In this document: positions 1 through 10,732 of the stretch, in pieces
Numbering within the stretch: the first letter of the stretch is position 1
How the letters are laid out: each line of letters begins with the position of its first letter
DNA from: an uncultured Candidatus Saccharibacteria bacterium
Lineage (GTDB): Bacteria > Patescibacteriota > Minisyncoccia > UBA6257 > JACOXY01
Length of the DNA stretch: 64,000 bases
Direction of reading: 5' to 3'
NCBI GenBank assembly: GCA_964357615.1
Contig: CAYHMC010000002.1
Coordinates: forward strand, 7,481-71,480
Made by a program: the position numbers and the translations under genes
Notes under the pieces: model-generated
What the model was told of the DNA's origin: nothing
The model's database searches: none
Seen by the model: the letters and a program-made list of their open reading frames with translations, nothing else

Positions 1-1547
1 CTGCAGTATCATTTGCTTCTTTTATTAAGGCCTCATCAATCTCTCCCATTGACGCAAGCTCTCCTCTTAGACGCATAATGTTTCTCTCATAAGTAATACG
101 ATTAAAATCTACTGGTATAGCCACAGCCAAACTTGTAATATCACTCCAATTTGCCTTAGCAGTCTGAACCTGTTCTTCAAGATCTTGAATTTTAAGTCTT
201 GCGCGTTCTTCTTCAAATAAAAGCTTATTTTGATAATTTTCGAGCTCTTTTATTGCATCTTTTTTTGCTTGATATCTAAAAATTACCTCTTTAAACTCTC
301 CGCTTTTAGATTCAATCAAAAGCGAAACTTCGCGCTCTTTATTTTTTAAATCAGCCAAAGTATTTGATACTGCCATTAATGCTACATTATTTTTTTCGTG
401 AAGTTCAGTTGCTTCAGCTAGCGTCATGCCAGTTCTTTTTTTAACGCGAAAAAGTCCGTGCACTTCTTTTGCTAATTCAATTACCTCATTTTTTAAAGTT
501 TCAAAATCTGCCTTAAATAAATCTTCTAATTTTAATTTTAGTTTTTTTAAAAATGGAACTGCTAGTCCTATATCAATATCGTCTTGCGATTCATAATCTC
601 GTTCGCGTAAAAATTCAATTTGTGCCTCAAGTCTCCCTATTTCTTTTTCTAATTTAGATTTATTGAAATCATGAACTGCACGAGCTTCTTGTAAGTTTTT
701 TAACTCTTTGTGATTATCTGATCCTGATCCTTCTGATTTATCTACGCTTATCTGCAAATTTTTCAATATTTGCTCTTCTTCAGCTATATGTTCTGAAATT
801 TTATTAATTTCTGGTTTTAGAGAAACAAGTTCAGCTTGAATTTCTGAAAAGCGAGAACCATAAAAAACTGATTCAATTTTTTTTAATTCTTCTTCTATTT
901 CAGAACGCTTCTCCCAACGAGATGTTTGTCTTTTAAGAGCGCGCAAATGGGGTGTGATTTCTCTAATAAGCACTTCTGCCTTTTCTAAGTTTATTGATGT
1001 ATTTTTTAATTTTCTTTCTGCTTCCGATTTTTTTAATTGATACTCTCGAAGTCCCAAAATTTCTTCAATCATTTCGCGACGCTCAAGCGGATTTGCGCGC
1101 AAAAACATATCACTCTCGCCTTGACCAATGACAACCAAACCACGAACACCGAGTCTTGCTCTTGCAAAAAAATCTATTAAATCTTTTAGTCTAACTTCTG
1201 CTTGATTTAGAAAGTAGCGAGAATTTCCTCCCCTATCAACCTCGCGAGACACAACAACTTCTGAATACTCTACAGGAAAAATTTGTGAGCTATTATCAAG
1301 ATAAATACTTGCTTGAGCCAAACCAACTCGAGGTCTTTTTGGAGTACCGGCAAAAATAAGATCTCCTACTTTTTCACCTCTTAAATGTTTTGCATCGCGC
1401 TCACCCAAGAGCCACCTTAGTGCGTCAATTATATTAGACTTTCCAGAACCATTTGGACCCACTACGGCTGTAATTCCAGAAGAAAAATCAAGCGTAGTCT
1501 TATTTGCAAACGATTTAAAGCCAGTTAATTCAAGTTTTTTTAACATA
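1..1547 (-). CDS. smc: Chromosome segregation protein SMC, N-terminal part (gene continues beyond left window edge)
   Basis: Minus-strand ATG at 1547-1545. The translation begins MLKKLELTGFKSFANKTTLDFSSGITAVVGPNGSGKSNIIDALRWLLGE. This is a Walker A GPNGSGKSN motif followed by long coiled-coil sequence. The ORF is open to position 1, so it is absent from the ORF track (no stop in window). It lies immediately downstream of rnc, as in many bacteria. Confidence 0.8.
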
Positions 1548-1553
1548 AATGGA

Positions 1554-2243
1554 TTATTTTTCTATTTCAAGCGCCGCCTTAGCCGCATTTAATTCTGCTT
1601 CTTGCTTTGACATTCCCTCTCCTTCGGCTACCAATTTATTACCAACATATGCCCCTGAACGAAACATTTTTTTATGATCTGGTCCGGTTTCTCCTAAAAT
1701 TTTATAAATTGGAGTGACCTTATCGCGCTCCTGAACAATTTCTTGAAATAAACTTTTTGGATCCTTGTATTCTCCACCAGAAATTATTTCTTCTAAGTGA
1801 GAAAGTACAAATTTTCTTATAAAGGTCTGGGTTATTTCGTATCCACTATCAAGATAAATTGCTCCTATAAGACTTTCGATGGCGTTTGCCAAAATAACAT
1901 CTCTGGCTTTTTCAGAATCTTTTGCTTCGCCACGAGATAAAAATATATAATCGTATAAATCAAAATCGTGAGTAATTTTTGACAAGAATTGATAGTTAAC
2001 AAGTGCCGCGCGAAGTAAAGTGAGTTTTCCTTCTTCAAATTCTGGAAATTTTTTGAAAAGATCTTCGGTAACAATTAATTCCAATACAGCATCACCTAGA
2101 TATTCTAAGCGCTCATTATGAGGTAAACCCCAAGAAGGGTTTTCGTTTAGATACGAGCGATGTGTAAGCGCCTCTTTTAAAAAGTCTAAATTTTTGAAGC
2201 TCACACCAATTTTTTCCTGAAGCTTAGGTAAATCTTTGTTCAA
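1554..2243 (-). CDS. rnc: Ribonuclease III
   Basis: 229 aa. It has the RNase III signature ERLEYLGDAVLELIV and a C-terminal dsRBD-like segment (GPDHKKMF...GEGMSKQEAELNAAKAAL). Confidence 0.9.
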   Translation of the reverse strand: MNKDLPKLQEKIGVSFKNLDFLKEALTHRSYLNENPSWGLPHNERLEYLGDAVLELIVTEDLFKKFPEFEEGKLTLLRAALVNYQFLSKITHDFDLYDYIFLSRGEAKDSEKARDVILANAIESLIGAIYLDSGYEITQTFIRKFVLSHLEEIISGGEYKDPKSLFQEIVQERDKVTPIYKILGETGPDHKKMFRSGAYVGNKLVAEGEGMSKQEAELNAAKAALEIEK

Positions 2244-2346
2244 TGTTTTGTAATTTCTAATTTCAAATGAATCTAATTCTTCGCTATATTTTACTTACTA
2301 AATTAGATTAATTAGGAATAAGAAATTTATCAATAGGTTAAAATAA

Positions 2347-2790
2347 TCAATCTTTTGGAACTGCGTTTCTTTGAGCCTCAAGCTCTCTAAAGACAGTCCC
2401 CAATACTCCATTTATGAATCGTCCAGAATTTGGTCCTCCAAAATTTTTTGCCATTTCAATAGATTCATTAATTGCAACTTTTGGTGGTACTTCTTCTGGA
2501 TTTTGATATAAAAGCTCCCACAAACCAATCCTCAATATATTTCTATCTGTAGTTGATATTTGTTTAAGTGGCCATTCTGGAGCAACTTTAGTTATAATCA
2601 TATCGAGCTCTTCGATTTTTTGTGCAACCCCATGAACGATATGCCAAACAAAATCTGGCTCGTCTATTCCTGGTGCAAATTCATTCATGTTTCTCTCGAC
2701 GATTGGATCCAGTTCTGTTTTTTGACCATAAAAATCCCACTCATATAGTGATTGCAGAACAACTGATCTTGCAAGATGCCGAGTAGCCAT
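2347..2790 (-). CDS. nusB: Transcription antitermination factor NusB
   Basis: 147 aa, [20 protein letters not shown]... The NusB-family N-terminus (R..AR..A.Q.LY) and length are typical. Confidence 0.8.
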   Translation of the reverse strand: MATRHLARSVVLQSLYEWDFYGQKTELDPIVERNMNEFAPGIDEPDFVWHIVHGVAQKIEELDMIITKVAPEWPLKQISTTDRNILRIGLWELLYQNPEEVPPKVAINESIEMAKNFGGPNSGRFINGVLGTVFRELEAQRNAVPKD

Positions 2791-2842
2791 AAATTTTATT
2801 TAAAGAACGAGAAATTTAGAACTTTGGTTAATTAACAGCTCT

Positions 2843-3003
2843 TATTTCATATTTTTCTTTCCACATTGAGAACAAGCTCTGTGTGGCAATATTGGACCAG
2901 AACAATTCTTACAAACTAAAATATTGCGTTTTTTAAGCGCCAAATGAGACCTTCTACGGCCTACTTTTCCTTTTGAATGATGTTTAACTGGTACGCCTCC
3001 CAT
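2843..3003 (-). CDS. rpmF: 50S ribosomal protein L32
   Basis: This small ORF is not in the ORF track. Minus-strand translation is MGGVPVKHHSKGKVGRRRSHLALKKRNILVCKNCSGPILPHRACSQCGKK... The basic N-terminus with RRSH and the C..C...C..C zinc ribbon are typical of L32. Coordinates are approximate to +/-2 nt. Confidence 0.65.
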
Positions 3004-3076
3004 ATCGTTTTATACTATCAATTGCTTAATCTTAATATAATGCATACTAACCATATTTTCAATAGAAATCAAGTAT

Positions 3077-3670
3077 CTATAGAAAGGTAACTCTGTGCTT
3101 TTTGCTTGGACCATATCTCTTCACTGCATCCATATGCATTTTTGTACCATAACCTTTATGAACATTAAATCCATATTTAGGATATTTTTTATGCAATCTA
3201 CTCATAAGATTGTCGCGAGTAACTTTTGCAACAATTGACGCGAGTGATACGGCTTTTATTTTTTCATCTCCACGAATAACAGTTTGTGGTTTATGCTTAT
3301 TATTCAGAGATTGATCAATAATATATAATCCGCCATCAAGATATATTTTTTTAACTGAAGATTTTATTTTACCAATTGCAATTAGTCTAGATAGCGCACG
3401 AGTTGCTGCTAGGTTAGCCGATTGTGAAATATTTATCTTATCAATAATGCTTGGTTGTACATGAGCTAATGAATAAAAAACTTCAGGATTATTTTTTATA
3501 TAATCAAACCATCTCTCCCTATTTTTTGCAGAAAGTTTTTTAGAGTCTTTTAGCTTCATATTTTTAACTCTAACCTTAAACCCAACTGGCATGGCAAGCG
3601 CAACAACTGTTACTGGACCAGCGATAGAGCCCCTACCAACTTCATCGATACCAATGATATATTTTTTCAT
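3077..3670 (-). CDS. rnhB: Ribonuclease HII
   Basis: MKKYIIGIDEVGRGSIAGPVTVVA... The GIDEVGRG motif is the RNase HII active-site signature. The start was trimmed from the ORF-track 3736 to the internal ATG at 3670, which matches the family N-terminus. Confidence 0.85.
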   Translation of the reverse strand: MKKYIIGIDEVGRGSIAGPVTVVALAMPVGFKVRVKNMKLKDSKKLSAKNRERWFDYIKNNPEVFYSLAHVQPSIIDKINISQSANLAATRALSRLIAIGKIKSSVKKIYLDGGLYIIDQSLNNKHKPQTVIRGDEKIKAVSLASIVAKVTRDNLMSRLHKKYPKYGFNVHKGYGTKMHMDAVKRYGPSKKHRVTFL

Positions 3671-3921
3671 CTTAGTAATAATATAACGAAAATTAAATAT
3701 TTCGAAAAAATAGACATTGCCATATCTGCATCTCATCCCTATAATGTGATTAACTAGTGAATCTTATGTATAATTCCTTTTCTACTACAATTTCCATATT
3801 TTGGCTCCAGCTTCGTAAAAATTTCTTGAAGTATATTTCATATACATCTTCGAAATTTTTACTTCGCTTCGCTTAAAATTTGGAATTTTCGCTACGAAAA
3901 AAAATTATACAAAAGATTCTT

Positions 3922-6900
3922 ATGAAATTTGTTCACTTACATAACCATAGCCACTATTCATTACTAGATGGTCTTTCAAAAATTGATGATATGGTTGCAC
4001 GCACAAAAGCACTGGGAATGGACGCCATTGCTATAACCGACCACGGAAATCTTTATGGCAGTATAGAATTTTATCAAAAAGCAAAAAAAGCAAAAATTAA
4101 ACCCATTTTGGGAATGGAAGCTTATGTGGCGCCTGGAAACCGTAGGGACAAAGGACAGGGTACTGGAGACCCAGACTCAAAAATTAATAAGAATCCTAAA
4201 GAAGAATTCGGGATGCGAAATCGTCTTCCCTATTATCACTTAATATTACTTGCAGAAAATGATGCGGGTTGGAAAAATCTTATTAAATTAGCAACAAAAG
4301 CTTCACTTGAGGGTTTTTATTACAAACCTCGCATCGACAAAGAATTACTTCGCGAACATCACGAAGGTTTAATTGCGCTCTCTGGATGTATGACTGGCGA
4401 AATTTCCAGACTGCTACTTGCAGATAAATTTAGCGCAGCCGAAAATGCAGTTAAAGAATATGTTGAAATTTTTGGACCAAATAATTTCTTTTTAGAAATT
4501 GGACATCATCCCGCAATAAAAGAACTAAAAAAAATAAACGAGGGATTGATTCTGCTTTCCAAAAAAACCGGCGTACCACTTTGCGCCACGCAAGATAGCC
4601 ACTACCTTTTAAAAGAAGACGCTCCCTATCACGACATTTTGCTTGCAGTTCAAACGGGAAATAAATTAACCGACGAAGATAGGCTCACGCTAAAAGACGA
4701 TGATTTTTCATTACGCTCACCAGAAGAAATGGAACTCCTTTTTAAAGAGCATCCGGAAGCCATAGAAAGCACAGTAAAAATTGCAGAAAGATGTAATGTA
4801 GAATTAGAACTTGGGAAAATTCGCTTGCCTTCATTTCCGCTTCCAGATGGCGTAAATCCAATGTCGCACTTAAGAGAACTAATTAACTTGCGTATTGGTA
4901 AAAGATTTCCTGGTGATATCAAAAAAGAAGTATATGAGCGTCTCGAATTTGAACTCGGCGTAATTGACAGCATGAAATACGCTAATTACTTTTTAATCGT
5001 ACAAGATTTTATCAATTGGGCAAAAGAACGAGGAATAGTGGTTGGTCCAGGAAGAGGCTCCGCTGCAGGGAGCTTGGTTTCTTATGTGCTTGGTATTACC
5101 GAAGTTGACCCTCTAAAATATGATTTGTATTTTGAGCGTTTTTTAAATCCAGAGCGCATTCAGATGCCTGATATAGACATAGATTTTACAGACCTTCGTC
5201 GCGATGAAGTGCTTTCGTATGTAAAAGAAAAATATGGCGAAGATAGAGTAGCGCAAATTATAACTTTTGGAACAATGGCGGCGCGCGCCGCAATTCGTGA
5301 TTCTGGCCGTGCATTAGGAATGCCATATTCACTGTGCGACCAAATTGCTAAAATGCTTCCGTTAAATTTTAAGTTTAAAGACGGAATAGAAAACATTCCA
5401 GACCTAAAAGCACTGTATTTAGAAAATCCAGATGCTAAACAAATTATAAATGCTGCCCGGAAACTTGAAGGCGTAGCCAGACACGCATCTGTTCATGCTT
5501 GTGGTGTTGTTATTTCAAAAGATCCATTGATTGAGATTGTGCCTCTTCAACTCTCTCCCCAAGACCAGACCTCTATCATTACGCAATTTGAAATGCACGC
5601 CATTGAAGATCTTGGACTCTTAAAAATGGACTTTCTGGGGCTTAAAAACCTAACTATTATGGAAGAAACGATAAGGCTTGTCTATGATATTCACGGACAG
5701 AAAATTAACATAACAGAAATACCAATTGACGATTTGAAAACTTTTGAGTTTTTAAAACAAGGTGAAACAACTGGAGTTTTTCAATTTGAAGGAAGCGGAA
5801 TGCGACGCTACATGAAAGAGCTAAAACCAACCGAACTTGAAGATTTAATTGCGTTAGTTGCATTGTATAGGCCTGGACCAATGGAACTTATTCCTACTTA
5901 CATCAAAAGAAAAAATGGTGAAGAAAAAGTGTCGTATATTCATCCAATTATGGAAAAAGTTCTTAAAAACACTTACGGCGTAATCGTGTACCAAGAACAA
6001 GTTATGGCAATGGCTACGGAATTAGCTGGACTCACCAAAGGTGAAGGCTATCTTTTGATTAAAGCTGTTGGTAAAAAAATAAAATCGTTACTCGACGAAC
6101 AAAAAGAAAAGTTCATAAATGGTTGTTTAAAAAATAATATTACACCCAGTATAGCCAAAACTGCATGGGAATTAATTGAACCATTTGCGCGCTATGGTTT
6201 TAACAAAGCCCACTCTACTTGCTATGCGCTTATTGGCTATCAAACTGCTTACCTAAAAGCCAATTATCCTATTGAATATATGACGGCTTTATTTGATGCC
6301 GACAAAAACGATGTAGAAAGAATTTCATTTTTAACTCAAGAGGCTGGGAAAATTGGAATTAAAGTACTACCACCGGACATAAATACAAGCTCAAGAGACT
6401 TTATGCCAGATGGAAGCGATATTCGCTTTGGGTTACTTGCAATTAAAAATGTTGGTGGAAATATTGTTGACGCGATAGTAAACGAAAGAGCGCGAGGTGG
6501 CAATTTTACTGATTTTTCTGAATTTATAACAAGAGTAGAGCACAAAGATTTGAATAAAAAATCTCTTGAGTCATTAGCAAGGTGTGGTGTTTTTGATTCC
6601 TTAAACATTGACCGCAACTCAATAATAGAAAATATTGAAGATATTCTAAAGTTTATTGCTGGGTATCGAAGGTCATCTGGAAATAGCAATCATTCTTTAT
6701 TTCAAAATAATTTGGCCAAACCAAAACTTGAACTCAAGCAAGTTGCGGAGGCTCTACCAACAGATAAATTAAAGTGGGAAAAAGAATTGATTGGCTTATA
6801 CATATCTGATCACCCACTTAACCAATTTAAAGATAAAATTGAAAAAAGTAGAGCAAGACCGATTAAAGATGCGTTGCTTATTAAAAATCAAAACTTAAAA

Positions 6901-7137
6901 TTTTTTGTTGCCGGAATTGTTGCGTCAGTGAAAAAAATTAATGACAAAAAGGGTCGTCCGATGTTATTTGTTCGAATGGAAGACTTAAATAACGAAGCCG
7001 AAGTAATTGTATTTTCAAGTGTATATGCAAAAAATCCTGCACTCTGGCAGGAAAACACCCCACTATTACTTCAGGCAAAAACTAACTGGAGAAATGGGGA
7101 AGCCAAGTTAATTTGTGACTCTGCCAACGAGCTTTAA
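3922..7137 (+). CDS. dnaE: DNA polymerase III alpha subunit
   Basis: 1071 aa from the ATG at 3922 (MKFVHLHNHSHYSLLDG is the PHP domain start). It has the PHP domain, the polymerase core (GPGRGSAAGSLVSYVLGITEVDPL) and an OB-fold tail. The long intact ORF argues for the standard genetic code. Confidence 0.9.
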   Translation: MKFVHLHNHSHYSLLDGLSKIDDMVARTKALGMDAIAITDHGNLYGSIEFYQKAKKAKIKPILGMEAYVAPGNRRDKGQGTGDPDSKINKNPKEEFGMRNRLPYYHLILLAENDAGWKNLIKLATKASLEGFYYKPRIDKELLREHHEGLIALSGCMTGEISRLLLADKFSAAENAVKEYVEIFGPNNFFLEIGHHPAIKELKKINEGLILLSKKTGVPLCATQDSHYLLKEDAPYHDILLAVQTGNKLTDEDRLTLKDDDFSLRSPEEMELLFKEHPEAIESTVKIAERCNVELELGKIRLPSFPLPDGVNPMSHLRELINLRIGKRFPGDIKKEVYERLEFELGVIDSMKYANYFLIVQDFINWAKERGIVVGPGRGSAAGSLVSYVLGITEVDPLKYDLYFERFLNPERIQMPDIDIDFTDLRRDEVLSYVKEKYGEDRVAQIITFGTMAARAAIRDSGRALGMPYSLCDQIAKMLPLNFKFKDGIENIPDLKALYLENPDAKQIINAARKLEGVARHASVHACGVVISKDPLIEIVPLQLSPQDQTSIITQFEMHAIEDLGLLKMDFLGLKNLTIMEETIRLVYDIHGQKINITEIPIDDLKTFEFLKQGETTGVFQFEGSGMRRYMKELKPTELEDLIALVALYRPGPMELIPTYIKRKNGEEKVSYIHPIMEKVLKNTYGVIVYQEQVMAMATELAGLTKGEGYLLIKAVGKKIKSLLDEQKEKFINGCLKNNITPSIAKTAWELIEPFARYGFNKAHSTCYALIGYQTAYLKANYPIEYMTALFDADKNDVERISFLTQEAGKIGIKVLPPDINTSSRDFMPDGSDIRFGLLAIKNVGGNIVDAIVNERARGGNFTDFSEFITRVEHKDLNKKSLESLARCGVFDSLNIDRNSIIENIEDILKFIAGYRRSSGNSNHSLFQNNLAKPKLELKQVAEALPTDKLKWEKELIGLYISDHPLNQFKDKIEKSRARPIKDALLIKNQNLKFFVAGIVASVKKINDKKGRPMLFVRMEDLNNEAEVIVFSSVYAKNPALWQENTPLLLQAKTNWRNGEAKLICDSANEL

Positions 7138-7476
7138 TAGTTGTGCGCTTAAATCAGCGCTTAAACCCAAGAAGTTTTGCTGTGAAAACATATTAATACC
7201 GATAAAGAAAATTGAGCCGAGTCCCGCAATGAGAAAAAAAGCTGTTATGAATCCAAATTTTATTCTTTTTAATCGATAATGAGCTCTATGATTGAAAAGA
7301 TGGTACCATTTTTTAATAAAGAAAAGTGACCCAATTATTAAATAAATTATAAATGCGCCAAGAAGTGTATTCGGCGACTTAAAACACCCAAACTGATTAA
7401 CCCCAGACGAACAACTACCTATAAAATTAACATAGAGCGAATATACAAAAAATGCTCCAACAATTAGTCTTATCAT
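7108..7476 (-). CDS. Hypothetical small membrane protein
   Basis: 122 aa with 3-4 hydrophobic helices and no recognisable family. It overlaps the dnaE 3' end by 30 nt, so the true start may be internal. Confidence 0.3.
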   Translation of the reverse strand: MIRLIVGAFFVYSLYVNFIGSCSSGVNQFGCFKSPNTLLGAFIIYLIIGSLFFIKKWYHLFNHRAHYRLKRIKFGFITAFFLIAGLGSIFFIGINMFSQQNFLGLSADLSAQLLKLVGRVTN

Positions 7477-7502
7477 GGTTATAATTTATTGTAACATAAG
7501 TG

Positions 7503-7532
7503 ATAAATAAAAATGCCGAGCTTTAGCTCGGT
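7503..7532 (-). terminator. Rho-independent terminator with stop codon in loop
   Basis: Minus strand reads ccgagc-TAAA-gctcgg followed by CATTTTTATTTATCA. The TAA stop of the 7523..7882 gene sits in the loop. Confidence 0.45.
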
Positions 7533-7882
7533 TTTCGAATTATGATTTCATTGTTGGTTAATAAAAAATTAGAAGTATTACCATCCGCACAAGATTGGGC
7601 TTCATGTTTTCTAAGTATTTCACTAACAAAAATCTGGTCTTCGGTTGGTAGACAAACCTTTAAGAGACGATAAGAGTCATATTTTCCAATTTTATATCTT
7701 TCTAATACATCTTCTCTTAGGGATGTCAGCTCAGCGTAGACATCTCCAGAGTCTCTTTCTGTGACAATTTTTGCAGTAATATATACGCTTAGAGCATTCA
7801 AAACATCAACTAAACTTCCCCAACCTACAAAAATTAATAATATTTGATTCTTGTGACTCAAAACAAAAACTGGTTTCCCCAT
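7523..7882 (-). CDS. Hypothetical protein
   Basis: 119 aa ORF with no recognisable motifs. The terminator just downstream supports expression. Confidence 0.35.
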   Translation of the reverse strand: MGKPVFVLSHKNQILLIFVGWGSLVDVLNALSVYITAKIVTERDSGDVYAELTSLREDVLERYKIGKYDSYRLLKVCLPTEDQIFVSEILRKHEAQSCADGNTSNFLLTNNEIIIRKPS

Positions 7883-7929
7883 ATATTCCCATTCACAAAA
7901 AATAGAGCTATACTGGTTATACTCTTACT

Positions 7930-9729
7930 ATGAACCCTAGTCAAGAAAATTTAGATAATATTCGCCATTCATTGGCTCATCTTTTAGCTGCTGCCGTGCT
8001 AAAAAAATTCCCAAAAGCAAAGCTAGGAATCGGCCCAACCATAGAAAATGGTTTTTATTATGATTTTGAATTACCCGCCAATAAGCTTGCAGACAAACAA
8101 GGTTTTACACCCGACGATTTAATAGAGTTTGAAAAGGAAATTCGCCATAATATAAAAGCTAGTCTTACATTCTCTGGTCAAAAACTAACCCCATTAAAAG
8201 CTAAAACGATTTTTAAAACTCAAAAATTTAAACTTGAACTTATTAAAGACCTTTCAAAAGAAAAGAAGCAACTCACCTTATATAAAACTGGGGAAATTTT
8301 TCAAGATCTTTGTCGCGGTGGACATGTTAGGAATACTAATGAAATAAACCCAGATGCTTTCAAGCTTACTCACACAGCGGGGGCTTACTGGAAAGGAGAC
8401 GAAAAAAAACCACAACTTCAGAGAATTTACGGAGTGGCATTTGAAAACAAGGAAGATTTAGAAAAATATTGGTGGCGTGAGGAAGAAGCTAAAAAAAGAG
8501 ATCATAGAAAACTAGGTAAAGAACTTGGACTATATACGATTATTGACGAGATAGGGTCTGGTCTCCCACTCTTTTATCCAAAAGGAGCCATTCTTCGTCG
8601 CCTAGTTGAAAATTTTATCACTGAACTACAAGAACAAAAAGGATACCTTCCGATTTGGATTCCTCACATAACAAAGGGTGAGCTTTATAAGATTTCCGGA
8701 CACTTAGATAAATATGATGCCATGTATCCTCCTGTAAAGCTAAAAAATGAGTCTGACTATTATCTAAAGCCGATGAACTGTCCTCATTTTATGATGTTAT
8801 ACAAAAGCCAACCACGCTCTTATCGCGACTTACCAATCCGATGGACATCAACTACAACAAATTATAGGCTGGAAAAAAGCGGAGAGTTAACCGGACTAAC
8901 AAGAGTGCGCTCAATTACACAAGATGATTGTCATGTCTTTTGTGAGCCAGATGATATTGAGAAAATTATAAATGAAATGCTAGATATGATTTCGGAAACC
9001 TATAAAGTATTTGGATTCCATGATTTCTCGGTTCGCATCTCGACTCACGACCCCAAGGATAAACAAAAATATATTGGGAATCCAAAAATATGGGGGGTAG
9101 CCGAAGAAATATTGACTCGCGTTATTAAAAAGCGCAACTGGAAACATGAAATTGGAATTGGCGAAGCGGCTTTTTATGGACCAAAGCTAGATTTTATATT
9201 TAAAGACGCCCTAGGGAGAGATTGGCAACTTTCCACCATTCAACTGGACATGAATCTTCCATCGCGCTTTGAGCTTCATTACACACCCAAAGGAGAAGGT
9301 GAAGAGAATAGTAAACCACTGCCACCAGCAGAACCAGTAGTCATTCATAGGGCCATTCTAGGATCAACCGAAAGATTTCTAGGAATTTTGATAGAACATT
9401 TTGCTGGTGCTTTTCCATTGTGGCTATCCCCAATTCAAGCTCGAGTTTTAGCTATTAGCGACAAACAAGCTGATTATGCAAATAAAATCTTTAGCGAACT
9501 AAAGCAATCTGGAATTAGAGCTGAAATTTCTCAGTCGAATGAAACTCTTGGGAAAAGAATCAGACAAGCACAACTCGACAAAATACCCTATCTTCTTATA
9601 GTTGGAGACAAGGAAAAAACCACCAATGAAGTATCGGTGCGACACCACAAACGCGGTGACGATGGGGTTCTGAAGCTAGATGAGTGTATTAGTAAAATGA
9701 AACTAGAAATTGATGAGAAGATAATATAA
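7930..9729 (+). CDS. thrS: Threonyl-tRNA synthetase (short form lacking N-terminal TGS domain)
   Basis: 599 aa. It starts directly in the editing/second-additional domain (IRHSLAHLLAAAV, the HxxxH zinc motif). It has the class II core (motif 2 region FRLEKSGELTGLTRVRSITQDDCHVF) and a C-terminal anticodon-binding domain. Confidence 0.9.
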   Translation: MNPSQENLDNIRHSLAHLLAAAVLKKFPKAKLGIGPTIENGFYYDFELPANKLADKQGFTPDDLIEFEKEIRHNIKASLTFSGQKLTPLKAKTIFKTQKFKLELIKDLSKEKKQLTLYKTGEIFQDLCRGGHVRNTNEINPDAFKLTHTAGAYWKGDEKKPQLQRIYGVAFENKEDLEKYWWREEEAKKRDHRKLGKELGLYTIIDEIGSGLPLFYPKGAILRRLVENFITELQEQKGYLPIWIPHITKGELYKISGHLDKYDAMYPPVKLKNESDYYLKPMNCPHFMMLYKSQPRSYRDLPIRWTSTTTNYRLEKSGELTGLTRVRSITQDDCHVFCEPDDIEKIINEMLDMISETYKVFGFHDFSVRISTHDPKDKQKYIGNPKIWGVAEEILTRVIKKRNWKHEIGIGEAAFYGPKLDFIFKDALGRDWQLSTIQLDMNLPSRFELHYTPKGEGEENSKPLPPAEPVVIHRAILGSTERFLGILIEHFAGAFPLWLSPIQARVLAISDKQADYANKIFSELKQSGIRAEISQSNETLGKRIRQAQLDKIPYLLIVGDKEKTTNEVSVRHHKRGDDGVLKLDECISKMKLEIDEKII

Positions 9730-9774
9730 TGAATCAAATCGAGTGCCTCAAAGACACTCGATTTTTAAATTAAA

Positions 9775-10704
9775 ATGGAAAAGCAAAAAATAATTGTAAT
9801 TCTTGGTCAAACTGCAAGTGGAAAATCTGACTTGGCTGTTCAAATAGCCAAGAAATATAACGGCGAAATAATATCTGCTGATTCAAGACAGGTTTACAAA
9901 GGGCTCGATATTGGAACTGGGAAAATAACAAAGAAAGAAATGGTGGGCATAAAACATTATTGCTTAAGTTATGCCTCGCCAAAGCGCATCCATACGGTCT
10001 CACAATTTATAAAAATTGCAAAAAAAGCCTTGAAAGAAATTTCTACTAAAAATAAATTGCCGATACTTTGCGGTGGAACGGGACTTTATATTGATATATT
10101 ACTAAATGAAATTAATTTACCAGAAGTAAAACCTAATTTAAAATTAAGAAGGAAGCTTGAAAAATGTGATACGATAACTCTTTTTAATAAACTCAAAATA
10201 CTAGATAAACAAAGAGCTGATACTTTACTAAAAAATGGTGGGAACAAGAACAAACGGAGATTAATTAGGGCGCTCGAAATAATTTACGACACAAACAAGC
10301 CTGTGACTTATTTTAAAAATGGAATTCAAAACAGCAATCATAATAAAATAAATTATGCACCATTATATATTGGGATAAATATTTCCGAAAACAAACTTAA
10401 AGATAGAATACACAAAAGACTCATTCAGAGACTTAGGCGTGGATTAATTAAAGAAGTAAATGAGCTACAAGCACAGAAAATTTTAAGTTGGGAAAAACTC
10501 CAAAGCCTAGGATTAGAATATAAATATGTAGCGCTTTACTTAAGTGGAATGATAAATAAAAATGAACTCGCTACGCAATTAGAAAAAGAAATTTGGCGTT
10601 ATGCAAAAAGACAAATGACTTGGTTTAAAAGAAATAAATCAATTAATTGGGTGGGTAATAAAAACGAGGCTTATCGCCTCGTCGCACAATTTTTAAAAAA
10701 GTAA
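9775..10704 (+). CDS. miaA: tRNA dimethylallyltransferase
   Basis: The P-loop GQTASGKS and SADSRQVYKGLDIGTGK are the MiaA signature. Confidence 0.85.
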   Translation: MEKQKIIVILGQTASGKSDLAVQIAKKYNGEIISADSRQVYKGLDIGTGKITKKEMVGIKHYCLSYASPKRIHTVSQFIKIAKKALKEISTKNKLPILCGGTGLYIDILLNEINLPEVKPNLKLRRKLEKCDTITLFNKLKILDKQRADTLLKNGGNKNKRRLIRALEIIYDTNKPVTYFKNGIQNSNHNKINYAPLYIGINISENKLKDRIHKRLIQRLRRGLIKEVNELQAQKILSWEKLQSLGLEYKYVALYLSGMINKNELATQLEKEIWRYAKRQMTWFKRNKSINWVGNKNEAYRLVAQFLKK

Positions 10705-10732
10705 AATTAAGAGTATTTAATTTGAGATAATT

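Noticed and set aside
3737-3921. DnaA-box cluster / replication origin next to dnaE region
   Set aside because: There are no TTATCCACA-like 9-mers (or close variants) on either strand, and dnaA and dnaN are not nearby.
4650-5396. Minus-strand ORFs (107 and 78 aa) inside dnaE
   Set aside because: They are antisense to a highly conserved gene. The translations are Ser/Leu/Pro-rich low complexity, typical of the reverse frame of AT-rich coding DNA.
9770-10003. 77-aa minus-strand ORF overlapping the miaA start
   Set aside because: It overlaps the conserved P-loop region of miaA on the opposite strand and has no support.
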